The notes under the pieces were generated by a model that did no database searches, was not told where the DNA came from, and saw only the letters and a list, made by a program, of their open reading frames with translations. Positions 1 through 10,442 of a stretch of 32,208 nt of DNA are shown here, piece after piece. Both the position numbers and the translations under genes were made by a program. Origin of the DNA: Thermoplasmata archaeon (lineage in GTDB: Archaea; Thermoplasmatota; Thermoplasmata; Halarchaeoplasmatales; Halarchaeoplasmataceae); contig JAFDTZ010000003.1 in NCBI GenBank assembly GCA_019594305.1, positions 1-32,208 of the forward strand. Reading direction: 5' to 3'. Each line of letters begins with the position of its first letter. Within the stretch, counting starts at the first letter, position 1.

Positions 1-54
1 GTGATAGAACAAGTGACGAGAGACCTTTATGGAATTACGGTCAAGGAAGTATAA
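1..54 (+). CDS. possible 3' end of a gene truncated by the window edge (…VIEQVTRDLYGITVKEV*)
   Basis: Frame +1 is open from base 1 to TAA at 52-54; too short to identify. Confidence 0.3.
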   Translation: MIEQVTRDLYGITVKEV

Positions 55-124
55 GACTATCTAATGGGATGTAGCGATGAGATATAATGAACTGGAACTC
101 TGAAAGGTAACGGAATACCCGAGA

Positions 125-937
125 TTGTCTAGGAAAGAAGTAGACCGATGGCGGAAGGCGAGGTTAAAAGAAGATCTTAGGAATGTACCCTTTTTCATCC
201 TTTTTATTGGAAGTATAAGCGGTTTACTAGCAGGCCTGTGGTTCGGACAAGATATTTTTTCCATGTACGGCTTAGGATCCCTCGGCAAATTACTCTACTT
301 CCACCTCATAGCCACAGGCATATACATATTGTTCATCCACAATGCCGTGTGTGAGTGGAATAACCTAAGGGTGATAAGCGGCATAATTCTACCTCTTGCC
401 CTATTTTCTGAAATAACTTTGTCCACATTGGGTATCTTGGAGTTCCCTTTTTTTATCTACGTAGCTTTTATCTTGGTTTACATATCATTTTTTGATATAT
501 TAAGAGGTCGTGTCAAGTTAAAAGCTACATCATACACTCACGAAAACCCGGATGTTTATCACGACGACGGTTCCGTGAGGTGCTACAAGCGAAGATTGAT
601 CCTGGAACGTTGGAACAACACCAAGTACATAATCGTTTTTTTTCTAAGCTTTGTATTATTGGGTGCAGGGGCTTTGGGTTTTGAAGATATAATGGTATAT
701 CTCGGGCATGATGCCGTACAAATCTTTGTGGTACTTAATATGATCTCTTTGGGATTCATACTGATGACAGCAGAAATGGCATTTACCGAGTTCAAAGAAA
801 GAATGTACATAAGCTCTATCGTAGCGTTACTATTTTGCGAGGCATTTTTCGCTCTGTATGCATTGGGGAGCCTGGTGATCGTGCTCGAAGGAAGCATATT
901 CCTCGGTTCAATTTTTGTGCTTCTAGTCTTTGTATAA
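125..937 (+). CDS. hypothetical multi-pass membrane protein (two hydrophobic halves of about 4 TM each)
   Basis: 270-aa ORF with about 8 hydrophobic segments split by a polar linker; TTG start uncertain. Confidence 0.7.
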   Translation: MSRKEVDRWRKARLKEDLRNVPFFILFIGSISGLLAGLWFGQDIFSMYGLGSLGKLLYFHLIATGIYILFIHNAVCEWNNLRVISGIILPLALFSEITLSTLGILEFPFFIYVAFILVYISFFDILRGRVKLKATSYTHENPDVYHDDGSVRCYKRRLILERWNNTKYIIVFFLSFVLLGAGALGFEDIMVYLGHDAVQIFVVLNMISLGFILMTAEMAFTEFKERMYISSIVALLFCEAFFALYALGSLVIVLEGSIFLGSIFVLLVFV

Positions 938-1177
938 CCTCTCGACATGCTGATAGAAAAAATTAAAGGAATTTATCGAGAGAACAGGTAACATAGTATG
1001 TGCATAAAGATGAATTTACGGACCGAAAAAGCGAAATTGAGGTTACCTATACAAAAATTATTTATCTTCAGAGTGGTAAGACGGAGTGTATTACTATGAA
1101 AAAAGCCGAGCAACCTGAACTGGTTCCGCTTTTTTTTCATCTCATAGAAAATATGAACCATCCAGACGAGATATGAA

Positions 1178-1516
1178 ATGAAAAAAGATAAGGATCAGAT
1201 CGGAGAACTGACGGGCAGTGTGTTTAGGCTGGAAGAGCTGATAGAGTACCAGAAGGGCGCCATCGTCAGCAGAACATTGGTGGACAAGGATTCGGGTACG
1301 CTTACCGTATTCGCCTTCGACGAAGGCCAGAGCCTCAGCGAGCACACCGCGCCTTTCCATGCTTTCATACAGGTGCTCGACGGTTCATCGAGGGTTACCA
1401 TCGACGGCAAGCCCTACGAGTTAAAAAAGGGTGAAAGCATCATAATGCCCGCGGATATACCACACGCGGTGGAGGCCCTGGCCAGATTCAAGATGCTGCT
1501 CACCATGATCCGATAG
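1178..1516 (+). CDS. cupin domain protein
   Basis: FAFDEGQSLSEHTAP and MPADIPHAV cupin motifs; ends FKMLLTMIR, typical of this small cupin family. Confidence 0.9.
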   Translation: MKKDKDQIGELTGSVFRLEELIEYQKGAIVSRTLVDKDSGTLTVFAFDEGQSLSEHTAPFHAFIQVLDGSSRVTIDGKPYELKKGESIIMPADIPHAVEALARFKMLLTMIR

Positions 1517-1565
1517 GCATCTGTAAAAATATATTATACAACCGGGGTATACAGGGGGGATAACC

Positions 1566-2846
1566 ATGGTCGATACCACAGAGGAATACTCACGGGCACT
1601 GGATAGCGATGCCGAGCTGGCCGTTTACCGAAAGGAATTTTACATACCCGACGGAGTCATATATCTATTGGGCAATTCCCTCGGATTGATGTGCAAATCC
1701 TCGGAAAAGCACGTGGAACGGGTGACGAAGGAATGGGGCGAGCTGGGGATCAAGGGATGGTTAAAGGGTGAACCTCCGTGGTTCTATTACGCCGAAAGGT
1801 TGGGCGAGAAGGCGTCCAAGCTGGTGGGTGCCCGCAAGGGCGAGGTCATATGCACGGGTACCACCACGGTGAACATACATCAGCTGGTTAGCACTTTTTA
1901 TTCGCCCTCCGGAAGTAAAAAGAAGATACTGGCGGACGAGCTTAATTTTCCCACGGATATCTACGCCCTGAGCAGTCAGCTGAAATTGAAGGGATACGAA
2001 CCCGAAGAGGATCTCGTACTGGTGAAAAGCGACGACGGTAGGTTCCTAGACGAGGACAGGATAGTGGAAGAGATGACCCCCAAGGTAGCCCTGGTGTTGC
2101 TGCCTTCGGTTCTCTACCGAAGCGGTCAGCTCCTGGACATGGAGTACCTTACCAAGGAAGCCCACAAGAGGGATATACCGATAGGGTTCGACTGCTCGCA
2201 TTCGGTGGGTGTGATCCCACATCATTTTGATGAATGGGGTGTCGATTTTGCCGTGTGGTGCAGCTACAAGTACATGAACGGCGGTCCCGGCAGTCCCGCT
2301 TTCCTGTACATCAACAAAAAACATTTTTGTAAGGAACCCGGGCTCACCGGCTGGTTCGGATATGTGAAGGAAAAACAGTTCGATCTTCTCTTGGATTTCC
2401 GATCCGAAAGTAACGCCGGCGGATTGCAGATATCGTCCCCCGGCATAACCGGGTTCGCGGCGGTACACGGCGCTCTGGACATACTCCTGGAAGCCGGGAT
2501 AGAGAACGTACGAAAAAAATCGGAGAAGATGACATCCTACATGATATCCCTGGTTGACGAACTTCTGGTGGAAGAGCCTTACGATTTCAACATAGGCACT
2601 CCCCGGGACGTATGCAAGAGGGGCGGGCATGTAGCCCTGGAAAGGGAGGATTCTTACCGCATAAACCAGGCACTCCGGGCAAGGGGTGTGATCACGGATT
2701 TCAGACCGCCCGATGTTATCAGGATGGCATTTTCGCCCCTGTACAATACATATCACGATATATGGCGAACGGTGATGCACCTGAAGGAGATAGTTGACGG
2801 AGACGAACACCTGGAATATTCCAGGGAAAGGGCCGCTGTGACGTGA
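1566..2846 (+). CDS. kynU: kynureninase (PLP-dependent)
   Basis: YLLGNSLGL, NFPTDIY, GFDCSHSVG, WCSYKYMNGGPG (PLP lysine), GWFG, RGGHV and DFRPPDVIR match kynureninase motifs. Confidence 0.92.
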   Translation: MVDTTEEYSRALDSDAELAVYRKEFYIPDGVIYLLGNSLGLMCKSSEKHVERVTKEWGELGIKGWLKGEPPWFYYAERLGEKASKLVGARKGEVICTGTTTVNIHQLVSTFYSPSGSKKKILADELNFPTDIYALSSQLKLKGYEPEEDLVLVKSDDGRFLDEDRIVEEMTPKVALVLLPSVLYRSGQLLDMEYLTKEAHKRDIPIGFDCSHSVGVIPHHFDEWGVDFAVWCSYKYMNGGPGSPAFLYINKKHFCKEPGLTGWFGYVKEKQFDLLLDFRSESNAGGLQISSPGITGFAAVHGALDILLEAGIENVRKKSEKMTSYMISLVDELLVEEPYDFNIGTPRDVCKRGGHVALEREDSYRINQALRARGVITDFRPPDVIRMAFSPLYNTYHDIWRTVMHLKEIVDGDEHLEYSRERAAVT

Positions 2847-3074
2847 ACCACTGTGCTGGTGTAAAGGGGCGGTCCCTAATGTTTCGGGTCTACTAATGCT
2901 TACGAGTATATTGGAAAAAGAAGGAAAACACTCTCGTATCATGTGATTTCAAAACAAATAATTCAAATATTCACCTAAACACTTTTCCACAGATCATCAT
3001 GTTTCTCGGATCTCCCTGACAACCCAACTATCGCAAGGGAAAGATTGATGTTCTCCAAATAAATCCCTCATTAC

Positions 3075-4175
3075 ATGGATGATGCCCCACCCATGAGATA
3101 CAACCTTCAGGAATTGGCAGGAGCGGTGGGAGATTACGGTACTCTATTTCCCCTGGTCTTCGTTATCGCAGTGGTAACAGATCTCAACCTGGGCCACATG
3201 CTCCTGTTCTTCGCTCTATGGTATATTATCACCGGCTTTTACTACCGAAGGCCGGTTCCCGTGGAGCCCATGAAGGCGGTGGGTGCGTTGGTGATCGTCG
3301 GCAGCTTCACAACGGGCGAAATAGTTGCATCGGGAATAGTCCTGGGCCTATTCTTCCTGGCACTTGGTTTCGCAGGGGGTATGAAGTGGCTGAGGGACAA
3401 GGTGCCCCAAAGCGTTATACGGGGTATACAGCTCGGTCTGGCCCTGATACTTCTGCGAACCTCCTGGAATTTCGTTGCCGAAGACCTCTTGCTCGCTCTT
3501 CTTGGTGTCGGAATAATCCTACTCTTCTTCTACCTGAGCACCACCAAAGGGTTCACGGACCCGTCATCTTTGGTTGTTCTTGCAATGGGTCTGGTAATAG
3601 GTATAGCCATCAAGGGTTTTCCGGTGGTAACCCTGATATCAGTTCCCTCGATCACATTGCCCAACAGTTCCGACTTCGTCAACGGTACCCTGTATCTGGT
3701 GATACCACAGATACCCTTGACCATCACCAATTCCATACTTGCAACCTCATTGCTGATGAAGGATCTCCTAAACACGAGAATCGACCCTGACAAACTGTCC
3801 AAGACGGTGGGTATGATGAACTTGACCGCATCGCCTTTAGGCGGTATGCCCATGTGCCACGGTGCCGGGGGTCTTGCGGCCCAATATCGATTCGGTGCAC
3901 GAACCGGGGGCTCCAACGTTATGAGCGGGCTTATACTGATACCGATAGCCCTGTTCTTCTCCGGCCCTACGGTGGTCGGGCTCGTTCCCTTGGCGGTATT
4001 CGGTGCACTTTTGATCTTCGTGGCCCTGGAGCTGGGCAAGCACGGGTTGAAGACCGATTCCTTGGTGGTAACCCTGCCCATGGCGGTGATAGCACTCCTG
4101 ACCAACCTCACCGTCGCCTTCGCGGTAGGTATGGTAATAGCCTATGCCCTGAGATACAAAAAGGATAAGCCGTAG
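3075..4175 (+). CDS. putative molybdate/sulfate transporter (MOT1-like)
   Basis: ELAGAVGDYGTLFPL, PVPVEPMKA, RGIQLGL, PQIPLT and PMCHGAGGLAAQYRFGARTGG are MOT1 family motifs; hydrophobic. Confidence 0.85.
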   Translation: MDDAPPMRYNLQELAGAVGDYGTLFPLVFVIAVVTDLNLGHMLLFFALWYIITGFYYRRPVPVEPMKAVGALVIVGSFTTGEIVASGIVLGLFFLALGFAGGMKWLRDKVPQSVIRGIQLGLALILLRTSWNFVAEDLLLALLGVGIILLFFYLSTTKGFTDPSSLVVLAMGLVIGIAIKGFPVVTLISVPSITLPNSSDFVNGTLYLVIPQIPLTITNSILATSLLMKDLLNTRIDPDKLSKTVGMMNLTASPLGGMPMCHGAGGLAAQYRFGARTGGSNVMSGLILIPIALFFSGPTVVGLVPLAVFGALLIFVALELGKHGLKTDSLVVTLPMAVIALLTNLTVAFAVGMVIAYALRYKKDKP

Positions 4176-4203
4176 TTTTTTTAACCACCTAGCCGATGGC
4201 AGC

Positions 4204-4899
4204 GTGATGCGCATCACCTACATATCCCACAGCTCCTTCGCCTTAAAACTTCGAGAAGATGTACTGCTGTTCGACTATCCGTCCCAAGGTTCACTTGAAC
4301 CCGGAGGTGAAAAGGTGGCCAGGGAAGCCGTCAGGGGTTCCAACCTGTACGTTTTCGTCAGTCATTCCCACGGGGACCACTACGGCAGGGGCGTTTTCGA
4401 CATATCAAAAGAAGCGAAAAGTACGACATTCATCGTTAGCGAGGATGTACCCCTGAAGAACGCTCACCGTTTGGCCGGCGGCCATAGATTGCATCTGGAT
4501 TCACTGGATATCGAAACCTTCGCCAGCAACGACGCCGGTGTGGCCTATCTGATACGCACAGGTTCCTCCCTTATATACTACGGTGGCGACCTCGCAAAAT
4601 GGGACTGGGACGACTTCGACGAGGCCACCCGAAGATACATGGTGGACGTATTCGAGAAGATGATCCGCCACCTATCGAAACTGGACGTGGACATCGCCTT
4701 CTCCAACACCGACCAGCGTCTGGAAAGCTGGGGCGGTCCTTTGGAATTCCTGGAAGTTGTAAAACCCTCCTACTTCGTGCCCATGCACACCTTCGGGCAT
4801 CATGAGTGGATAGATGATCTTGTGGAGAAAACCGATCATCCCGAAGAACGTATCTTCCGGTACGTACGGCCCGGGGATTTCGTAGAGTTGAAGATATAG
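4204..4899 (+). CDS. metallo-beta-lactamase fold hydrolase
   Basis: ITYISHSSF start, SHSHGDH metal motif, GGDL and FVPMH. Confidence 0.85.
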   Translation: MMRITYISHSSFALKLREDVLLFDYPSQGSLEPGGEKVAREAVRGSNLYVFVSHSHGDHYGRGVFDISKEAKSTTFIVSEDVPLKNAHRLAGGHRLHLDSLDIETFASNDAGVAYLIRTGSSLIYYGGDLAKWDWDDFDEATRRYMVDVFEKMIRHLSKLDVDIAFSNTDQRLESWGGPLEFLEVVKPSYFVPMHTFGHHEWIDDLVEKTDHPEERIFRYVRPGDFVELKI

Positions 4900-4904
4900 A
4901 AGAA

Positions 4905-5135
4905 CTACGGGCCCGTATCCGCCTCGATACGCAGTATCTCGTCCCAGGCATCGAGACTCTTTTTCGCCTCTTCCTCGTCGAGTATCTGAATGGCGTATCC
5001 GGCGTGTACTATCACGTAATCGTCCACCCCTGCCTCCACCAGAGATATATTGGCCTTACGGGTTACACCGCCGAAGTCTATGATCGCGTTGTCGCCGTTG
5101 ATACTGACCACGCGTCCGGGTACTGCTAGGCACAT
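4905..5135 (-). CDS. hypC: [NiFe]-hydrogenase maturation chaperone HypC/HupF
   Basis: MCLAVPGRVV N-terminus; DYVIVHAGYAI…DEEEA. Confidence 0.95.
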   Translation of the reverse strand: MCLAVPGRVVSINGDNAIIDFGGVTRKANISLVEAGVDDYVIVHAGYAIQILDEEEAKKSLDAWDEILRIEADTGP

Positions 5136-5183
5136 GATCGTGATTACCTACGAGTGGGATATAAAACTTGTGGAATATACCGC

Positions 5184-5237
5184 TTGTGATAGTTAGTTGT
5201 CACAAATAACGTTTTTTGTGATAATGTATTGTCACTA
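5184..5237. promoter_or_regulatory. two tandem 22-bp imperfect palindromes (TTGTGATA-N5-TTGTCAC-WA) upstream of hypC; candidate operators
   Basis: ttgtgatagttagttgtcacaa (5184-5205) and ttgtgataatgtattgtcacta (5216-5237), 32 bp apart, just upstream of a minus-strand TATA-like TTTTATAT (5159-5166). Confidence 0.55.
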
Positions 5238-5255
5238 TTTTCTCATTAAAGTATC

Positions 5256-5400
5256 CTACAACACTTTTAGTGGCGTTACATCGAATGTTACTCGTGGCGG
5301 GAAGAAATACTTTTCATATACGTCCGAAACGGGAGAAAGGCCCTCAACGAACTTATCCGGATGTTTCTCTACACACTCGCATGTAAGAAGGATGTAACTG
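5256..5400 (-). pseudogene. possible remnant of a SAM synthetase (MetK) N-terminus
   Basis: YILLTCECVEKHPDKFVEGLS…PRV resembles MetK YLFTSESVxEGHPDK…ARV; lies just downstream of metY on the same strand. Confidence 0.3.
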
Positions 5401-5551
5401 GATGACGACGTTTTATCAATGCCTTTGTTCAGCGTACCCCGGAAACACGTGTTCAATGGAAGGTGCAAAAAAGGAGGGAGGGTGATTATCGTGAGTTATG
5501 ATATTCGAGTATGTGCATATTATGTTATAAACCTTACGACAATATTGCAGG

Positions 5552-7021
<1,470 letters not shown>

Positions 7022-7051
7022 TTAAGTAGCTTCGAACCGTTAAAGCGATCG

Positions 7052-7402
7052 ATGCCGATAAAACCACCCTGTGAAATAATCGTGCAGGCTATCATCCCTG
7101 CTATACGTTCGGAGCTAGTTCGTATATTGTTCAACGTGCATGGAATAAAGCAGACCGAGATAGCTGAAAAACTGGGGATAACACAACCCGCGGTGAGCCA
7201 ATACATTACGGGATCCAGAGGAAACTATCCGGGTTTATTTGAGGAACACCCGGATATCCGGGAATACATCGAGGAAATGGCCAAGGACATCGCTTCCGGT
7301 AAGATCGATGGGAAGAACATATCCATGTGTGGTCCGTGCCAATTCCTGAAAAAGGGACAGGGAGTTGAAGGTTCACCTCAATTTTGCGATGGAACAGAAT
7401 GA
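7052..7402 (+). CDS. archaeal HTH transcriptional regulator (COG2522-like, related to the ThiR DNA-binding domain) with C-terminal CxxC
   Basis: KPPCE…IPAIRSEL…GIKQTEIAEKLGITQPAVSQY HTH; SMCGPCQ. Confidence 0.85.
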   Translation: MPIKPPCEIIVQAIIPAIRSELVRILFNVHGIKQTEIAEKLGITQPAVSQYITGSRGNYPGLFEEHPDIREYIEEMAKDIASGKIDGKNISMCGPCQFLKKGQGVEGSPQFCDGTE

Positions 7403-8548
7403 ATTGAAAGCCCTTTCCATATCTTCGATTATATCCTTGATGTTCTCTATACCCACCGATACTCGGATCAGGGTTTCCGGAATATCTTTCATATCTTTCG
7501 CAGGGACAGATGAATGTGTCATCAGTGAAGGTATTTCAATCAATCCTTCAACACCCCCCAAACTTTCGGCTAGGGCAAAGACCTCCAGGGATTCCACAAA
7601 TTTTCTTGCTTCATCCAATGTGCCTTCCATTTCGAAGGATAACATACCTCCGAACCCATCCATTTGTCGAACCGCCAAACTGTGCTGAGGGTGTGATTTC
7701 AATCCAGGGTAAAGCACCCTTCTAACTTTTGGATGATTCTCTAACCATCGGGCTACTTCCAGTGCGTTTTTATCATGCCTTTCCATTCTTAAACCCAAGG
7801 TCTTTAATCCTCTCATTACCAACCAGGAGTCAAATGGAGAGAGTACGGCACCAATGGCGTTCTGATAGAATGCAAGTTTTTTGTATATCTTTTCATCATT
7901 TGTCATCAGTGCGCCTCCGAGACTGTCGGAATGACCACACATGTATTTCGTAGTACTATATAGTACTACATCGGCCCCTAATTCTATAGGACGCTGATAA
8001 AATGGGCTCATAAAGGTATTGTCGACCAACAATTTCACACATTTTTTTTTACAAATTTTCGCGATTGTAGATATATCCGCCATCTTCATTAGTGGATTGG
8101 TTGGGCTCTCTATCCATACCAACGTTGTATTTTCTCTAAGAGCAGATTCGATTTCATTTACCTTGGTTGCATCGACATATGAAACCTCGATTCCAAAATT
8201 ACCCAAAACCTCATGGAAAATTCTTTTAGTCCCTCCATAAAGGTCATCAAAGGCCACGATATGATCTCCTTTTTTTAGCATTGCTAGGAGAAAGGTAGTT
8301 TGGGCTGACGATCCGGAGCTAAAGGCGAGTGAATATCCGGCACCTTCCAAAGACGCCAGTTTCCTTTCAAGATTATCTCTGGTGGGATTTGAGGTGCGTG
8401 TATAAACATACCCTTTTTCTATATCATCTATACCTATTTTTGCAAATGTTGTTGAAAGATGTATAGGTGACACAACGTCTCCGTGTAGTGTTCTTTCAGG
8501 CTCATCTCCGATATGTATTGCATTTGTTTCAAATTCCATTTTTTTCAC
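7373..8548 (-). CDS. cystathionine gamma-lyase/synthase family (Cys/Met metabolism PLP enzyme)
   Basis: SPIHLSTTF, YTRTSNPTR, DLYGGT, ESPTNP, VDNTF, STTKYMCGHSD, LAESLGGVE, LIRVSVGIE. Confidence 0.92.
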   Translation of the reverse strand: MKKMEFETNAIHIGDEPERTLHGDVVSPIHLSTTFAKIGIDDIEKGYVYTRTSNPTRDNLERKLASLEGAGYSLAFSSGSSAQTTFLLAMLKKGDHIVAFDDLYGGTKRIFHEVLGNFGIEVSYVDATKVNEIESALRENTTLVWIESPTNPLMKMADISTIAKICKKKCVKLLVDNTFMSPFYQRPIELGADVVLYSTTKYMCGHSDSLGGALMTNDEKIYKKLAFYQNAIGAVLSPFDSWLVMRGLKTLGLRMERHDKNALEVARWLENHPKVRRVLYPGLKSHPQHSLAVRQMDGFGGMLSFEMEGTLDEARKFVESLEVFALAESLGGVEGLIEIPSLMTHSSVPAKDMKDIPETLIRVSVGIENIKDIIEDMERAFNSFCSIAKLR

Positions 8549-9336
8549 ATCCTACTGGCTATCACTATGTAACCAGATTCCGTTGTAACAAGTTTTTTTG
8601 TATTTTTCATGAGTTCTACCATGAGGCTATCTACAGCTTCTTTTTTTAGCTTCTTGGATAAGTCTGAAAAATATTGGCGGTCACTTTTAGCATTTACCCT
8701 CTGAAGGCAGGTTTCGATCGAAGTGTTTTCCTTAAATGAAAATTTGTTGATGGATTGTATCGAAAATCCTTCTTTTTCAAAGTAATTTTCAATGTCGTCA
8801 AGTTGATAAATACGTCGACCCACGATCTCTCTGGTCTTTAGATTATATTTATCCATCACAACTCGGTAAGCTTCCTGTACTTCCCAATACCATTCCGGTG
8901 AAGGGGATATCAAACCGATTTTGCCATTTTCTTTAAGCGAATTTCTCACCCATTTAAGGAATATTATTGGGTCATCGAGCCAGTGGAATAGATAAGAGCT
9001 CACACATACATCAAATATATCTGTATAATTCATTTCAGAGTAGTCTGCATTGATGTATGATACATTTCTTAACCCCTCTGTTTCAGTTCTTTTTTTGGCT
9101 AATTCAATCATGTTGTTTGAAATGTCTAGGCCAAATACATATCCCCGATCCAATCTCTTTCCAAGAGTACGAGTTAGTTCACCGGGTCCGCACCCAACAT
9201 CGATTCCGGCTTCGTTTCCTCGAAGATCAAGGGCCTCGATCAACATGATATACTGACATTTTTTGCAAGGAATCACCCATCGATCATAATCCTCGGCAGT
9301 TTTTTCGTATATTTCTTTAACTTCATTCGATGTCAA
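8545..9336 (-). CDS. class I SAM-dependent methyltransferase
   Basis: IDVGCGPG motif I, GLDISNNMI, NAD, FDVCVS, HWLDD, LKENG; start and stop overlap both neighbours. Confidence 0.9.
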   Translation of the reverse strand: MTSNEVKEIYEKTAEDYDRWVIPCKKCQYIMLIEALDLRGNEAGIDVGCGPGELTRTLGKRLDRGYVFGLDISNNMIELAKKRTETEGLRNVSYINADYSEMNYTDIFDVCVSSYLFHWLDDPIIFLKWVRNSLKENGKIGLISPSPEWYWEVQEAYRVVMDKYNLKTREIVGRRIYQLDDIENYFEKEGFSIQSINKFSFKENTSIETCLQRVNAKSDRQYFSDLSKKLKKEAVDSLMVELMKNTKKLVTTESGYIVIASRM

Positions 9337-10310
9337 GGTAGACCACCGTTGAAACCTTTATCTCGGAGCCAATCGTTGTTCAAAAGGGTGCTGTAGTAGT
9401 TTCTTGCAGTATCGGGGATCAAAATGACTACTAGGTCTTCAGGGACTAGTTCTATTAATTTCAATGCACCGGCAACAGCCGCCCCTGAGGAAGATCCACA
9501 TAAAATACCTTCTTCTCTGATAAGCCTTCGTGCCATATGAAAAGCCTCTTTATCAGTAACCTTTACGATATCATCAATCAAGTTCAAATCTATGGTTTCA
9601 GGGATGAAATCTTCACCTATACCTTCTATGAAATAAGAATAGACTTCACCTTCGTTGTTGTTGTACTTGTGATGATATAAAGATCCTTCAGGATCCACAC
9701 CAATTATTTTTATATTCTTATTTCTTTCCTTTAAATACCTTGCCACGCCGGTTATAGTCCCTCCTGTACCCATCCCTGCAACGAAGTGAGTGATCTTATT
9801 ATCCGTATCTCTCCAGATTTCGGGACCTGTTGTCTCATAGTGAGTTCGTGGGTTAATCTCATTGAAGTACTGATTCGGTGAAAAGGAATTAGTTTTTTCT
9901 TTGAGAATACGTTTGGCCACACTGTAGTAACTTCTTGAATCCTCGGGAGGAACATCCGTGGGCGTAATAATCACATCTGCCCCCAAAGCTCGAAGAATCT
10001 TCACCTTCTCTCGACTCATTTTATCAGGCATGGTAAATATCAAATTATAACCTTTATTTTGGGCCGCTAAAGCCAGCCCGACACCTGTGTTTCCCGAAGT
10101 GGGTTCTACGATAGTGCCACCAGGCTTTATAAGTCCTTTTTCTTCAGCATCTTCGATCATAGCCACCCCTATTCGGTCCTTTACACTTCCACCGGGATTA
10201 AGATATTCCAGTTTGACTGCGATTGTGGCATCGATACCTTCTGTCACTCGATTCAATTTTACCAGAGGTGTATTCCCGATGGTTTCTATTATGCTTGAGC
10301 GAATACCCAT
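9333..10310 (-). CDS. cystathionine beta-synthase / cysteine synthase family (no CBS regulatory domains)
   Basis: IGNTPLV, EYLNPGGSVKDRI, EPTSGNTG, NQYFN, GMGTGGT, IEGIGEDF. Start placed at ATG 10310 (MGIRSSII), about 30 nt from a TATA box. Confidence 0.92.
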   Translation of the reverse strand: MGIRSSIIETIGNTPLVKLNRVTEGIDATIAVKLEYLNPGGSVKDRIGVAMIEDAEEKGLIKPGGTIVEPTSGNTGVGLALAAQNKGYNLIFTMPDKMSREKVKILRALGADVIITPTDVPPEDSRSYYSVAKRILKEKTNSFSPNQYFNEINPRTHYETTGPEIWRDTDNKITHFVAGMGTGGTITGVARYLKERNKNIKIIGVDPEGSLYHHKYNNNEGEVYSYFIEGIGEDFIPETIDLNLIDDIVKVTDKEAFHMARRLIREEGILCGSSSGAAVAGALKLIELVPEDLVVILIPDTARNYYSTLLNNDWLRDKGFNGGLP

Positions 10311-10311
10311 A

Positions 10312-10432
10312 ATATCACGCCGTGATATCGCACCGTTATATTTAAACATTTCCACTATGCTGTGTTATATTCCGAGAACACACCATATGCAATATCTCGG
10401 TCTTTCAAAAAAGTTATATATCGCCGTTATAT
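10312..10432. promoter_or_regulatory. divergent cbs/thi4 promoter with four palindromic operator sites
   Basis: atatcacgccgtgatat (10312-10328, perfect), atatcgcaccgttatat (10325-10341), actatgctgtgttatat (10354-10370) and atatatcgccgttatat (10416-10432); TATA boxes TTTAAATA (-) at about 10339-10346 and TTATATAT (+) at 10414-10421. Confidence 0.7.
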
Positions 10433-10442
10433 TCCGGGGTAC

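Noticed and set aside
1108-1135. acctgaactggtt resembling a TPP riboswitch core
   Set aside because: Lacks the upstream CTGAGA and downstream AATGC…GCGNAGG elements, and is not in front of a thi gene.
947-1176. Possible archaeal ATPase remnant (FIERTGNIV / DEFTDRKSEI / SGKT across frames)
   Set aside because: Needs several frameshifts and deletions; the similarity is too short to support.
1536-1552. atacaac-cgg-ggtatac upstream of kynU as another copy of the sulfur operator
   Set aside because: Three mismatches, including the conserved GTT; single site.
2046-2942. 298-aa antisense ORF and other long shadow ORFs (3218-3790, 3530-4111, 10365-10967, 16029-16652, 16845-17465, 18889-19443, 30139-30651)
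   Set aside because: They overlap well-supported genes, have no motifs, and are expected by-products of codon bias.
10311-10442. Longer ORF-track starts for cbs (10355) and thi4 (10362); likewise 11197 and 30562
   Set aside because: The extensions run through promoter/operator DNA or neighbouring genes; family homology begins at 10310, 10443, 11215 and 30643.
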